Both the position numbers and the translations under genes were made by a program. The notes under the pieces were generated by a model, which saw only the letters and a program-made list of their open reading frames with translations, did no database searches and was not told the DNA's origin. A stretch of 32,000 nucleotides of DNA from positions 1,770,001 to 1,802,000 of the forward strand of contig NZ_CP019384.1 in NCBI RefSeq assembly GCF_004102945.1, given 5' to 3'. The DNA is from Candidatus Velamenicoccus archaeovorus (GTDB taxonomy: Bacteria; Omnitrophota; Gorgyraeia; Velamenicoccales; Velamenicoccaceae). Numbering within the stretch: the first letter of the stretch is position 1; the number at the start of each line of letters is the position of its first letter. Of the stretch, positions 7,846 through 17,270 are shown piece by piece.

Positions 7846-8499
7846 TCAAAAATCTTCGATATCGACGATCTTGTTCTTGATGGCGTATTTGATGAGGTCG
7901 CTGGTGCGGTGAAGTCCGAGTTTCTTGAGCATGTTGTTTTTGTAATTTTCGACCGTCCGGGGGCTCAGGGAAAGCAGGGACGCGATCTCCTTGGCGGCCT
8001 TGCTCTCCGCCACCAGCCGCAGGACATCCAGCTCTCTTTCGGTCAAGAGGCCGGGGCCCTGCGTCTCTTCCTGCGGGCCGGAAACTTTTTTAAGCAGATA
8101 ATCGGAAGCCTGGGCGTCCAGATAGACCTGCCCGGAGACGATCTTGCGCAGGGCCTGAGGGAGATCGTCCGCCGCGTTCTCCTTGCTCAAATATCCCTTC
8201 ACGCCGGACTGCAGGGCTTTCATGACATAGGCATTGGCTTTGTGCACGCTGATGATGAGGATTTTTGTCGAAGGGCTGATCCTCAGCACATCTTCGATGA
8301 TCTCGAGGCCCGTTTTTTTCGGCATGGTGATGTCCAACAGGAGGATATCGGGTTTCAGGGGGCGTATTTTGTCCAACGCCGTCTCCGCGTCCCTGGCCTC
8401 CCCGACGACTTCATATTCGGGCTGCCGCCGCAGGATCGCCTTGATCCCTTCGCGGATGATATCGTGATCGTCAACGATAAAAATAGTATGTGTCTTCAT
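7846..8499 (-). CDS. NarL/FixJ-family response regulator (REC + LuxR-type HTH)
   Basis: MKTHTIFIVDDHDIIREG...PDILLLDITMPKKTG (receiver) and LTERELDVLRLVAESKAAKEIASLLSLSPRTVENYKNNMLKKLG (LuxR HTH). Start at ATG 8499, 2 nt downstream of the kinase stop codon. The ORF-track extension to 8574 overlaps the kinase gene. Confidence 0.9.
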   Translation of the reverse strand: MKTHTIFIVDDHDIIREGIKAILRRQPEYEVVGEARDAETALDKIRPLKPDILLLDITMPKKTGLEIIEDVLRISPSTKILIISVHKANAYVMKALQSGVKGYLSKENAADDLPQALRKIVSGQVYLDAQASDYLLKKVSGPQEETQGPGLLTERELDVLRLVAESKAAKEIASLLSLSPRTVENYKNNMLKKLGLHRTSDLIKYAIKNKIVDIEDF

Positions 8500-8503
8500 G
8501 TCC

Positions 8504-9886
8504 TCAATGGATCGGCAGACGGACCTCAAGCCGGGTGCCCTCTCCAGGCACGGAATGAACGCGGAGCTCTCCATCCAAAAGCTCGATGCGCTCTCTTAGC
8601 CCCCGCAGCCCAAGCTTCAGCTTATCTTCCTTGCGCCGTGCCGGCCGCGCCTGCTGCGCCTCCGGATTAAATCCTATCCCGTCGTCCGCGATGGTCAACA
8701 ACACGCTCTTGTCGTCCTGTCCCAAGAGGATATCGATATGGCGGGCCTGGGAATACTTGGCGATATTCGTCAAGGCTTCCTGAACGACGCGGTAAAGAAC
8801 CAATTTTTCCTCCGCCGAGATCGCCGGCTCCTCCGGAGGCATCGATAACGTATAATGGGCCTGCGTGATCTCCTTGTTCTGGACGGCCAGGCCGTTGATG
8901 CTCTGCAGCAAACCTACCTCGTCGATCTCCGGCGGCCTCAAGATCGTGGAAATATTGTGCGTCTTGTTCATCAGGGCATCCAAGATCGCCTTGGCCTTCT
9001 CGATCTTCTCTTTTGTCTCGGACGGATCGCCCGGCGCTTCTTTTTCCAGCAGCCCCAGGTAAATCTTGAGGGCGCTCAAGTCCTGGCCCATCTCGTCGTG
9101 GATCTGCAAAGAAAGATTGTTGCGCTCCTCTTCCTGCGCCGTGACAAACCGGCGCCACAGCTCTTCCCTGTGGCGCTGGTCCTGTTTCATGCGCCGGTAA
9201 GTCAGATAAGCCGTTGCCAAACCAAGCAAGATCGCTATCGCCAAAGACCATACCAGGAGGGTGACGGCCCGGCGGCGTTCCGCCTCCGCCGCCTCGAGCT
9301 TACGATCAAGCCTCTGGAGAATATCGCGCTGCATGGGATTCTCAAGGAACGCATCGATCCAGAAAAGCTTGCTCTCCAGTTCCCGCTGGATCCGGTCCAG
9401 GACCTGACGGGACTGCGCCTTCTCATTCTCCGAAGCAAGGCGGTTCAGATTGTCCGCCCGGGAGACGATGCTGTCTCCGAGTTTAAGAAACTCCTCTTCG
9501 CTTGCACGCACCGTCTCGCCCCACTGGCGCTGCTCGGGAGAAGAAACCAAAGAAAAATAGGCCGCCAGATACGTCTCGAAATTCTTCGATGCCGATTGCA
9601 CCGAGTCTTGGCGCTGGACGATCCCGGCCGCTTCCAGATAACGGGCATCGTGCCAAAAAAGATAATTCCGGATAGCCATCATATAGCGGGCATTCGCGAT
9701 CCTCATCTCAAAAATGGTGTTTTGAAGAGGAATGTCAACGCGCGCCAGGGACACCGCGATGCGGTTCAACGCCGCGACCTGACGGATCCCGACGAATCCA
9801 ATGGCCACGATAAGACATAACAACCCGGCGAAGCCGAGCATCACGCCCCAATCCAAAAATTTTCTGGAAAAGCGGAATTGTTCCAT
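8504..9886 (-). CDS. sensor histidine kinase, HisKA_3 (NarX/LiaS-like) class, with two TM helices and a helical extracytoplasmic sensor
   Basis: H-box LSLQIHDEMGQDLSALK; N-box EALTNIAKYS; G-boxes DDGIGF and GLRGLRERIELLDGELRVHSVPGEGTRLEVRLP. TM helices at GVMLGFAGLLCLIVAIGFVGI and TLLVWSLAIAILLGLATAYLTY. Confidence 0.9.
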   Translation of the reverse strand: MEQFRFSRKFLDWGVMLGFAGLLCLIVAIGFVGIRQVAALNRIAVSLARVDIPLQNTIFEMRIANARYMMAIRNYLFWHDARYLEAAGIVQRQDSVQSASKNFETYLAAYFSLVSSPEQRQWGETVRASEEEFLKLGDSIVSRADNLNRLASENEKAQSRQVLDRIQRELESKLFWIDAFLENPMQRDILQRLDRKLEAAEAERRRAVTLLVWSLAIAILLGLATAYLTYRRMKQDQRHREELWRRFVTAQEEERNNLSLQIHDEMGQDLSALKIYLGLLEKEAPGDPSETKEKIEKAKAILDALMNKTHNISTILRPPEIDEVGLLQSINGLAVQNKEITQAHYTLSMPPEEPAISAEEKLVLYRVVQEALTNIAKYSQARHIDILLGQDDKSVLLTIADDGIGFNPEAQQARPARRKEDKLKLGLRGLRERIELLDGELRVHSVPGEGTRLEVRLPIH

Positions 9887-9972
9887 AAACGGATAAGCTC
9901 GCTTCTGCTAATACAAAAACGAGATGGCCGCGAAGGATCGGCAGGGATTCAAATTTTCTCTATCAACGGCCA

Positions 9973-10719
9973 TTAGCGTTCCAAATCGGCCAACCACTCC
10001 CTGACGGACTCGGCATCGTCTGACTCAGGCTGGAGCTCCAGAAAGGTGCGATAATGATAACGCGCCTGCTTCTTGTCCTTAAAATAGTCGTCGTAGAGGA
10101 TCCCCAGATTATAGTGCGCCCGCGCGTTGTTGGGATTATACCCAAGAGCTTTTTTGAATTCCTCAACGGCATTCTCGTAATCCTTGGCGCGCGTATAAAC
10201 GACGCCCAGATTGTAGTGATACCTCTCGGCCTCGTCCTCCAGGCGTTTTTTGGCCTTGGCCAGCTGCGCGTCGAGAGTCAGGATCTTGGTCTCGAACATC
10301 TGTTTCTGTTTTTTGAAGCCCGTCTCCAGCTTGCTGGCGATCTCCGTGCGTTCTTTTCTGACGTGCGCCAGCTCCTTGTTCACCTTGTCCAGGTCTTCGT
10401 TCGTGCTCTTGCTGATATCCTGCTCGCTGGAAATCTGCTTCTTCACTTTCGCCGTTTCTTCCTCGGCCTTGTCGCGGTCCGCCGTGAGACTATTGATCTC
10501 AACCAGCAGCTTGTTCTTCTCCTGCAGGTACTTGTCGGCCATCTGGCGGACTTCTGTGCGGCCTGTCTCCAGCTCTGTCCTCATTTCTTCGATCGTCTTG
10601 CTATTCTCATCGCGCAAGAGCGCATTTTTCCTGGCTTCGATCCCCCAAGAGACAAAAGCCACAGCCGCCGCCAAGAACGCGGCGGCGGCTGTGGCCATTA
10701 AAGTAAATTTGTTATTCAT
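9973..10719 (-). CDS. membrane-anchored coiled-coil + TPR protein (MshN/PilF-like position)
   Basis: N-terminal anchor LMATAAAAFLAAAVAFVSWGI, a long charged coiled coil, then TPR-like repeats (YHYNLGVVYTRAKDYENAVEEFKKALGYNPNNARAHYNLGILYDD). Starts 18 bp downstream of the secretin gene. Confidence 0.75.
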   Translation of the reverse strand: MNNKFTLMATAAAAFLAAAVAFVSWGIEARKNALLRDENSKTIEEMRTELETGRTEVRQMADKYLQEKNKLLVEINSLTADRDKAEEETAKVKKQISSEQDISKSTNEDLDKVNKELAHVRKERTEIASKLETGFKKQKQMFETKILTLDAQLAKAKKRLEDEAERYHYNLGVVYTRAKDYENAVEEFKKALGYNPNNARAHYNLGILYDDYFKDKKQARYHYRTFLELQPESDDAESVREWLADLER

Positions 10720-10737
10720 GAGAGTTTGCGGTGGCGA

Positions 10738-12318
10738 TCACTCCAAATCAAGCTTCGGCTTCTTTGTCAGCACGCCCTTTTCCTTGACGAGCTCCTTTTC
10801 GGCATCGGGCTTTGCATTGTCCCCGGAAAAAATATGGGGCGTGAGAAAAACCGCCAGCTCTGTCTTCGTCCGCTGGTCATTGCGGTTACCAAAAATCCAT
10901 CCGATGACAGGCAGTTTATAAAAAAACGGCACTCGGCTGCGGGTGTCGCGGACGTCGTCTTTCATCAGGCCGGCGATCATGATCATGGCGCCGTCCTTGA
11001 CCTTGACCGTGGTCTCGGCTTGAGAGGTTTCCACGACGGGCACCGACGACCCCAAAGGCGACGTCTTGTACTCGCGCACAGAGCTCACTTCGGGCCGGAT
11101 CTTCATGATGATGTAATCGTCGGCGGTGATCGTCGGGGTGACGTTGATCTTCACGCCGACATCGACAAAGTTGACGGATTCCGCCGTCGTTGTCGTGACC
11201 TGGGACTGGCTCTGCGTCTGCGAGAAGTACACCTCCTTGGAACCGATCAGGATGGTCGCTTCCTGGTTATTGACGGCGGCGATGCGCGGCCGCGAGAGGA
11301 TATTGGTCTTCGCAAACGAATTGAGCGCCTGGATGACGACATTAAAATCGTTCTGGGCCAGGGTCCCAAGACTGAGCTGGCCGTAACTCGCGACAGCCGG
11401 CGTGATCGGAAGAAGAGAAGAGATGGAAGCATCGCGGATATTGCCGGTGGTGAAAAGCCTCTCCCAGCTGATGCCCTCCTGGGTCTGGTCCGACAACGAG
11501 ATCTGGACGATCTGGACCTCGATCAGGACCTGACGCGTTTCCGTATCAAACGCCTCGACCATCTTCTTGATCTTTTCCATCTTGCCGGGCAGATCGCTGA
11601 TGGCGATCTTGTTGGTGCGGGCGTCTAAGTCCACCTCGCTGGCGCCCCCTGTCAAGACGTTGGCGAGCTGACTCTTCATGTCTTCCGCCCGCGCGTATTT
11701 GAGGTCGAAAATCTCCGTCTGCTTGGCCTGGTCGAGCGTCAAAATGACCCTCTCCATGACGTCGATATTCTCGGGGGTGTCCATGAGGATCACCGTTCCC
11801 GAAGGCTCGTCGGTAATGACTTTACCGATCTCGCTTTTGAGCTGGGCGAGGGCCGCGGCGACATCGCGAGGCGTCGCATTCTTCAATTTATACATCCTGA
11901 CCTTGCGCGGCTCATTATAAGCGCGGCCATAGAGCTGGGTGTACTGCTTTAAAGGCATGACGGTGATGATGTTTTTTTCTTTCACCGCCGCCAGGGCATT
12001 ATTGATCAGGATGATGTCGAGGGCGTCTTCGAGAGTCACGTTGTTGAGGAAAATATTGACGCGTCCCGTGACCTCCTTGGTGGGAACAATATTGACGTTC
12101 ATCTTCAAAGACAGGATTTTCAGCAATTCGACGATATCGATGCCCTTGAGATCGAGCGAGATGCGCCCCGGCGCCGCGTCCTTGACAGACGGCGTCTGGG
12201 AAGCCGCCGCGCTGTCCTGCGCATAATTGTCCGCCGGCGCAACCCACGCGCTCGACGCCCACAAGAACGCCGCAACGAGGATAAAACACCGTTTTTTAAA
12301 AATTGACTGTTGTCCCAT
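10738..12318 (-). CDS. gspD: secretin (GspD/PilQ/MshL family outer-membrane channel)
   Basis: Signal peptide; N0-like domain (ISLDLKGIDIVELLKILSLKMNVNIVPTKEVTGRVNIFLNNVTLEDALDIIL). Secretin C-domain hallmarks: NILSRPRIAAVNNQEATILIGSKE, ...GAMIMIAGLMKDDV..., VPFFYKLPVIGWIFGNRNDQRTKTELAVFLTPHI. Confidence 0.9.
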   Translation of the reverse strand: MGQQSIFKKRCFILVAAFLWASSAWVAPADNYAQDSAAASQTPSVKDAAPGRISLDLKGIDIVELLKILSLKMNVNIVPTKEVTGRVNIFLNNVTLEDALDIILINNALAAVKEKNIITVMPLKQYTQLYGRAYNEPRKVRMYKLKNATPRDVAAALAQLKSEIGKVITDEPSGTVILMDTPENIDVMERVILTLDQAKQTEIFDLKYARAEDMKSQLANVLTGGASEVDLDARTNKIAISDLPGKMEKIKKMVEAFDTETRQVLIEVQIVQISLSDQTQEGISWERLFTTGNIRDASISSLLPITPAVASYGQLSLGTLAQNDFNVVIQALNSFAKTNILSRPRIAAVNNQEATILIGSKEVYFSQTQSQSQVTTTTAESVNFVDVGVKINVTPTITADDYIIMKIRPEVSSVREYKTSPLGSSVPVVETSQAETTVKVKDGAMIMIAGLMKDDVRDTRSRVPFFYKLPVIGWIFGNRNDQRTKTELAVFLTPHIFSGDNAKPDAEKELVKEKGVLTKKPKLDLE

Positions 12319-12430
12319 GTGGTGCCGTTTCCTATGACTCTCCCCGCGTTCAAGCGCAGGGGGCCATCGAATCCATCCGGAGCTCCTGTCGAGAGAGCAA
12401 ATCTCCCCAACCTAAAATCCGGGGATTTCC

Positions 12431-12461
12431 CTGCCTTCGCGGACTACGCCCGCAGGACAGG
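12431..12461 (-). repeat. GC-hairpin module X (inverted copy, gspC-like/secretin spacer)
   Basis: The plus strand reads CTGCCTTCGCGGACTACGCCCGCAGGACAGG. This is the reverse complement of 25356-25386 with a single T/C difference. Confidence 0.8.
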
Positions 12462-12544
12462 GATTAAAACATAAAGCTAACAGCCTGCCGTTAAAAGCGT
12501 TAAGACAGGGCGTGCCTTTTTCCTGCCCTGCGTTTCCTCGGACT

Positions 12545-13180
12545 TCAACGCAACTCTATCTCTTGATTATCATAACTCAAAATGACCCTGTCTCTCAAGA
12601 TTTCTTTTACGATGGCATCTTTAAAGCGGCTGCCACGATTAAGGGAATACGTCCGGCCTTCCTTGGTATCCTCGATCATGACCTGGGGAATATCGGACCA
12701 AATGATGCCGACGACCCGCAATGTCTGGGCCATATTCTTGAGCGCTGCCGCGGCCTCGGCCTGGGCCGGAGTGGCCGAGGAAGCAGGGGGCTGCGGCAAA
12801 GAAAAAATACTCTCCTGGCCGATCTCCTGCAGATATAAAGAAAGGGGGCTGAGCGCCTCGACGCCGATATTGCCGAGTCTCGTCTTTCTCGCCGCCTTCT
12901 CCAGGCGCTCGATGAGCGCCGCATTCGGCATCCCTATCAAAAAATCCAGGACAAGATAAGCCGTCGCTGCGATGCACAAAACCACGACCGCCCGGTTGGC
13001 GACTTTTAACGATATCTTCTTCGTAAACTGGGCGCGATAGTGCGTCAGCCACGCTTTCAGAAAAAGCCCGCTGGTGCCCACGTTCATTCTCGCCCGGGGA
13101 AGATTTCGCGGGGCTTCTCCGCCGGGCGATTCAATGATGCGCAGCAATTTTTCTTCCGGCGTCATGCCTTGGTCAACCAT
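12545..13180 (-). CDS. GspC/PilP/MshK-like secretin-interacting inner-membrane protein
   Basis: One TM helix (VVVLCIAATAYLVLDFLIG) and a C-terminal HR-like beta domain LRVVGIIWSDIPQVMIEDTKEGRTYSLNRGSRFKDAIVKEILRDRVILSYDNQEIEL, matching the GspC-HR/PilP pattern. Sits between the ExeA-like gene and the secretin gene. Confidence 0.6.
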   Translation of the reverse strand: MVDQGMTPEEKLLRIIESPGGEAPRNLPRARMNVGTSGLFLKAWLTHYRAQFTKKISLKVANRAVVVLCIAATAYLVLDFLIGMPNAALIERLEKAARKTRLGNIGVEALSPLSLYLQEIGQESIFSLPQPPASSATPAQAEAAAALKNMAQTLRVVGIIWSDIPQVMIEDTKEGRTYSLNRGSRFKDAIVKEILRDRVILSYDNQEIELR

Positions 13181-13217
13181 AGGAATAAGTAGTCAGTAGA
13201 TGTGCTATCTACTTTTT

Positions 13218-14039
13218 TTAAAATGCGCTCTGCGCCGCGACCTTGCGCACGACGTCTTTGTCGACGACAATCTTGTTGTCCATGACCAGCGTTTTTAAAG
13301 CGTTGTGGCAAAGCATGGAGATCTTGCGCGGATATCCTTGCGTATGCTGGTAGATCTCCGCGATGGCGTCCTCCTTAAACAACGGCAGGTGCGACCGGTA
13401 ACCCGCCTGCCTGATCCGGAATTCGATCATCTCTTTCGTCTCGACATCATCGAGCGGATTGATGATATATTTCATGCTGATCCTGTCCATGAGATTCTTC
13501 ATCTCGCGGATTTTAGGCAGCAGTTCCAGCTGCGCCAAGAGCACCAGCTGCAGAAGCTTGTATTCATTGGTCTCATAATTCAGGAGGACGCGCAATATCT
13601 CCAAAGACGAAGGATTGAGTTTTTGCGCCTCATCGATCAGGAGGATGACGGTCTTGTTGTCCTGGATCGCCTTCTGGAAGAGATATTTCTTGATCGTCTC
13701 TTTCATGTTAAGGACGGATCCGGGAGGCGCATCCATCTGGATCTGGAAGGTCCGGATGAGGGATTCGAGAAAAACCTCCTCGGTTTCAAAGGTCGGGTCA
13801 AGAACCATAAAAAAGATCATGTCGTCACGCAACTTGAGCATCTGGAACATCTTGCGCGAAAGGGTCGTCTTCCCTGTCCCCACGTCGCCTAAAATAACAC
13901 TCAAGCCCCGGCGCAGCCGGATCTCTATCATCAGACGCGTCAAGGCCGCCTGGTGTTCTTGGGACTGGTAAAAAAAATCAGGATCGGGGCTCGTTGAAAA
14001 CGGTTCTTTCTCCAATCCTAAAATTTGATAATAGCTCAT
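13218..14039 (-). CDS. ExeA/GspA/MshM-like AAA ATPase
   Basis: YYQILGLEKEPFSTSPDPDFFYQSQEHQAALTRL, Walker A GDVGTGKTT, Walker B LLIDEAQ, LEILRVLLNYETNEYKLLQLVLLAQLELL and GYPRKISMLCHNAL. This is the classic ExeA/MshM pattern. Confidence 0.85.
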   Translation of the reverse strand: MSYYQILGLEKEPFSTSPDPDFFYQSQEHQAALTRLMIEIRLRRGLSVILGDVGTGKTTLSRKMFQMLKLRDDMIFFMVLDPTFETEEVFLESLIRTFQIQMDAPPGSVLNMKETIKKYLFQKAIQDNKTVILLIDEAQKLNPSSLEILRVLLNYETNEYKLLQLVLLAQLELLPKIREMKNLMDRISMKYIINPLDDVETKEMIEFRIRQAGYRSHLPLFKEDAIAEIYQHTQGYPRKISMLCHNALKTLVMDNKIVVDKDVVRKVAAQSAF

Positions 14040-14151
14040 GCGGCAGCACCTCTAAAAAATAGTATTTTCGGCAGCGAGCGGCAGGTACCCGGCCTCACCG
14101 GCCCTCCGCAAATTCTTCCGCGTATCATTATCTCATATTTCTCCGCAAATG

Positions 14152-15024
14152 CTACTGCTCATCCCAGCGAAGGATAACGCCTGTCGTCAGATCAATGATG
14201 ATGCGGAAGTTTTTCAGGAGCCGCTGGCCTTTCTTCACCTTCAGTTCACAACGGACGGTCGCGGAACCAACGCTCAATTTCTGGGCCACGATAAGCGTCT
14301 GGAGCCATGTCTGATCCGCCGCGCCCAGGCCCCACGCCGCCAGATCGTTGCCGATCTCATAGACGTTGTTGAAAACGCGGTCGTCCGCCGTCCCTTCCAC
14401 CCCATCTTCTCCCGCCCGGTATTCTTCAACGGCGGAAATGAACCCCTGCGAAGCGCCGAGAACGGAAAGCACCTCGGGAGAAACGGTGTTTATGTTGATG
14501 CGGCCGTCTCCGTAAACCGTCACCAGGTCTTTCATGAGATCATAAACGTCTATGGTCATGTCTTTAACCGCCAAAAGATCCTCTTTGGCATAGATGGGCG
14601 CGGCGATGATCGCATCGACAAGAGACTCGTTTTCGGAAATGCCGGGCAAGCGCAAAAGCGTGTTGCGGTCGGACCACTTCAGATGGACCAAGGCCTCTTC
14701 GTCAAAAAAACTGGCCTCGATGGTCCTGCCGTCCAAAACCATGGTCCGGGGCCGCAGGTCGTATAACGTCATCATCAAAGACAGCGGCCGCGAGGCCCAG
14801 ATTTCTTTCATCAACGTGACGTCGGAGAGCGCGTAATCGTACGACGTGTTGGCATCGGTCACAAACGACGCCAGCTTCCACTCTTGGGAAACGCTAAAGG
14901 AGACGCCGGCCAGCAGGATCGTCAGGATCGCCAGGGCGGCGACCGCCAAAAAAAGGATGCTCCCCCTGTCTGCGTCCGCAAGACTTCTTTTATTGGGCCG
15001 CCGGAACAATGATGACCTTTTCAA
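14152..15024 (-). CDS. gspK: GspK-like minor pseudopilin
   Basis: N-terminal hydrophobic segment GSILFLAVAALAILTILLAGV and the GspK-type helix-hairpin-helix signature RININTVSPEVLSVLGASQGFISAVEEYR. Overlaps the upstream pseudopilin gene by 35 nt. Confidence 0.75.
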   Translation of the reverse strand: MKRSSLFRRPNKRSLADADRGSILFLAVAALAILTILLAGVSFSVSQEWKLASFVTDANTSYDYALSDVTLMKEIWASRPLSLMMTLYDLRPRTMVLDGRTIEASFFDEEALVHLKWSDRNTLLRLPGISENESLVDAIIAAPIYAKEDLLAVKDMTIDVYDLMKDLVTVYGDGRININTVSPEVLSVLGASQGFISAVEEYRAGEDGVEGTADDRVFNNVYEIGNDLAAWGLGAADQTWLQTLIVAQKLSVGSATVRCELKVKKGQRLLKNFRIIIDLTTGVILRWDEQ

Positions 15025-15565
15025 ATGTCCGCCCTCCGTCCACCGAAGCGAAAGAAACCTTCACAGCCATCGGCAGGCCGCGCGCCGTTGAATTCCACTG
15101 CGGCAAAAATCCGTAACTCCCCGTCTCCGAATTAAAACCGTAATACGCCATCGTAAAATTCCCGATGCCGGCGATCACCTTGCGTTCCGGGACATCTTCT
15201 TCGCCGGCGCTGAGATTGCGGCTCAAACGAAACAGCGCGCCGTCATGGCTGTCGTAGCGGTAAGAAACGTTCTTGACGCCGTCCGATGCGATATTGGCAA
15301 AATAACAGTCCGTGCCTGTCCCGAAAAACCCGACAGGCGGGTAATTCATGACCCGGCGCAGTTCCATGGCCAGGCGCTCCAGCCCGACGATCGTTTGGCG
15401 GTAAGAATACGTCAGGCCCGCCGCCCTCTTCCAGACGCTCATGCCTGTGGAAAAAGACGCAACCAGTGTCGTGCCCAATATCCCGAAAATGGCCGCAACG
15501 ACGACAACTTCAACCAGGGTAAACCCGCCCTTTCCCCCGCGGCCCTTCTTCTGCAACAGCATCAT
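14990..15565 (-). CDS. GspJ-like minor pseudopilin (prepilin-type N-terminal methylation motif)
   Basis: MMLLQKKGRGGKGGFTLVEVVVVAAIFGILGTTLV is a class III signal (G/FTLVE). Size and position (between the I-like and K-like genes) fit GspJ. Start set at ATG 15565; the ORF-track extension is upstream leader. Confidence 0.7.
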   Translation of the reverse strand: MMLLQKKGRGGKGGFTLVEVVVVAAIFGILGTTLVASFSTGMSVWKRAAGLTYSYRQTIVGLERLAMELRRVMNYPPVGFFGTGTDCYFANIASDGVKNVSYRYDSHDGALFRLSRNLSAGEEDVPERKVIAGIGNFTMAYYGFNSETGSYGFLPQWNSTARGLPMAVKVSFASVDGGRTFEKVIIVPAAQ

Positions 15566-15599
15566 ATCCCTTCCCCTCAATGCTGCATCCCGACGCGCC

Positions 15600-16010
15600 T
15601 CATTTTCTCGGCACATAGCGCGTCAATGTGATGTCTCGCACATCTCCCCGCGCCTGCCAGGCGACCGTCAAGGTCTCCTTCCACAAGCGGCTTTTCAGCG
15701 TTGCCGATTCATTCTCGAAACCCTCGGGAAATTCAATCACGGCCCTCGTCCAGTTATAATCCTCATAGGGGGCATCGAAATGTCCTGATGTCTCGCCCTC
15801 TTTCAGAGAACTGTTACGTACCATCTGCGTCGATTCCCAGAGCTTGCGATTCAACAGTTCGTTGGCCGTGATTTGTTTTTCGGAAGCGGTCATGACCAGG
15901 ATGCACTGACGGAGGGCGGAAAGGACGACGACCATGCCGATCGCCGTCACCACGACAGCCACCATCAGCTCGACGAGAGTAAAAGCGCTTTTCCCGCAGA
16001 AACGACACAT
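15600..16010 (-). CDS. GspI/GspH-like minor pseudopilin
   Basis: MCRFCGKSAFTLVELMVAVVVTAIGMVVVLSAL is a prepilin motif; 136 aa. Start set at ATG 16010. Confidence 0.7.
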   Translation of the reverse strand: MCRFCGKSAFTLVELMVAVVVTAIGMVVVLSALRQCILVMTASEKQITANELLNRKLWESTQMVRNSSLKEGETSGHFDAPYEDYNWTRAVIEFPEGFENESATLKSRLWKETLTVAWQARGDVRDITLTRYVPRK

Positions 16011-16050
16011 ATTCCTATCCCTAAACACAGATATTGCGATTGTCGATGAG

Positions 16051-16129
16051 AAAAATAACCAAATCCCAAGAAACCCGCCTGACGGCAGGCAGGCAATCAC
16101 CAAACAATAACCAAGCACCAAAATTCAAT
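16051..16129. repeat. A/C-rich (G/U-rich on coding strand) spacer module with GC hairpin, copy a
   Basis: Contains AAATAACCAAATCCCAAGAAACCC, the hairpin GCCTG-ACGG-CAGGC (16077-16090), AATCACCAAA and CAATAACCAAGCACCAAAATTCAA (16105-16128). Shares these blocks with 25246-25330, 22411-22455, 20491-20525 and, inverted, 22824-22886. Confidence 0.7.
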
Positions 16130-16197
16130 CTTCAAAAAAGGATGCTTCGCTTGCCCTTTGATCACTGATCATTGATTATTCGATTTCACAAAACACC

Positions 16198-16596
16198 TTA
16201 CTCGTCCCAATTGACGACATCGTCGTCGCCGCCCTCCACGCCGTCCTTGCCCAAGGAATAAAGATCAAAACTGCCCGCATTGTGCTCGCCGGGATATTTA
16301 TAAACATACGGCCGGCCCCACGGATCGATGGGTTTCTTCTTCAGGTAAGGACCTTTCCAGTTCTCGACGCCCGACGGCGCAACGCGAAGGTCGTCGAGCG
16401 ACGCCGGAAAACCGCCGGTGTCCACTTCATAAAGATCCAACGCCAGCGGGATGTTCGATTCGATGTCGGTTTTGGCGATGGACTTGCGGGCCTCCTCGGA
16501 ACGGCCGGCCAGCCGCGGGACAACCATGGCTGCCAGAACGCCGAGGATAATGACGACGAGCATGATCTCGATCAGCGTGAATCCGCGCTTACCCAT
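16198..16596 (-). CDS. gspG: type II secretion major pseudopilin GspG
   Basis: MGKRGFTLIEIMLVVIILGVLAAMVVP...DPWGRPYVYKYPGEHNAGSFDLYSLGKDGVEGGDDDVVNW. This is the canonical GspG signature, including the Ca-site-like C-terminus. Start set at ATG 16596. Confidence 0.9.
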   Translation of the reverse strand: MGKRGFTLIEIMLVVIILGVLAAMVVPRLAGRSEEARKSIAKTDIESNIPLALDLYEVDTGGFPASLDDLRVAPSGVENWKGPYLKKKPIDPWGRPYVYKYPGEHNAGSFDLYSLGKDGVEGGDDDVVNWDE

Positions 16597-16680
16597 AAAA
16601 CCTCCTGTTTTGGAGCGTAACAACGGCGGGAATTTCATCTTTTCCGCCGGGCGCTTCGACCTTCGGGTATCTTGTCTGTG

Positions 16681-17217
16681 TTATACAAACGACACGCCCA
16701 TCAATGTCAGAGTGACGCTTAATTCCGACGCCCCCTCGCTCTTGGGAACCAGCGTCATCTTTTCTATACTGAAAAGCAAAGGTGAGGTGTAGAGGCCGTA
16801 AAAAAAGGTCACGAGTTCCTTCATCGTCGCTTCGGCCTTGATATTGATCTGGAACTGTTTGGAGATGGCGTCGGATTCCGCGTCCTTTTGGGGTTTGACG
16901 TCCACGATCAAAATCCCGGAGCTCCGGCTGATCTTCTCGATCTCCCTCAAGAATTCAGCCACCGCCTCCTCGTTGGAAGAATTCTGCATGGAAAAATAAC
17001 TGGCGTATTTGCCGTACTCGTTCTTGATCGCCTCCTGGTTATCGATCAAGAACATCCCCTTTTTCAACTTGGCCTCCTGGAGCATGACTTGCTTGCTGGC
17101 CAACGCCAGCCTCTGGTGGAACGGGCCGATAACGGCCTTAAAAACCAACAGCATGACAACCGCCCCGACAGCCGCATATATCATCGTGTATTGCTGTTTT
17201 TTAAAATCAATGGCCAT
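16681..17217 (-). CDS. PilO/GspM/MshJ-like inner-membrane assembly protein
   Basis: 178 aa with an N-terminal TM helix (IYAAVGAVVMLLVFKAVIG), a coiled coil, then a ferredoxin-like C-domain (ILIVDVKPQ...QINIKAEATMKELVTFFYGLYTSPLLFSIEKMTL). Lies directly downstream of the PilMN gene. Confidence 0.65.
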   Translation of the reverse strand: MAIDFKKQQYTMIYAAVGAVVMLLVFKAVIGPFHQRLALASKQVMLQEAKLKKGMFLIDNQEAIKNEYGKYASYFSMQNSSNEEAVAEFLREIEKISRSSGILIVDVKPQKDAESDAISKQFQINIKAEATMKELVTFFYGLYTSPLLFSIEKMTLVPKSEGASELSVTLTLMGVSFV

Positions 17218-17270
17218 AAGATGACTCCGGGGGCGGCACCGTCCTCATCGGATCGGATGCCCGCAACCCT

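Noticed and set aside
12319-12544. Possible c-di-GMP riboswitch (GEMM-I/II) in this spacer and in 18777-19139
   Set aside because: Hairpins are present, but I could not find the conserved GEMM cores (e.g. ...GGGCAAACC...GGGACGCAAAGCC...) on either strand. Reported only as unclassified structured spacers.
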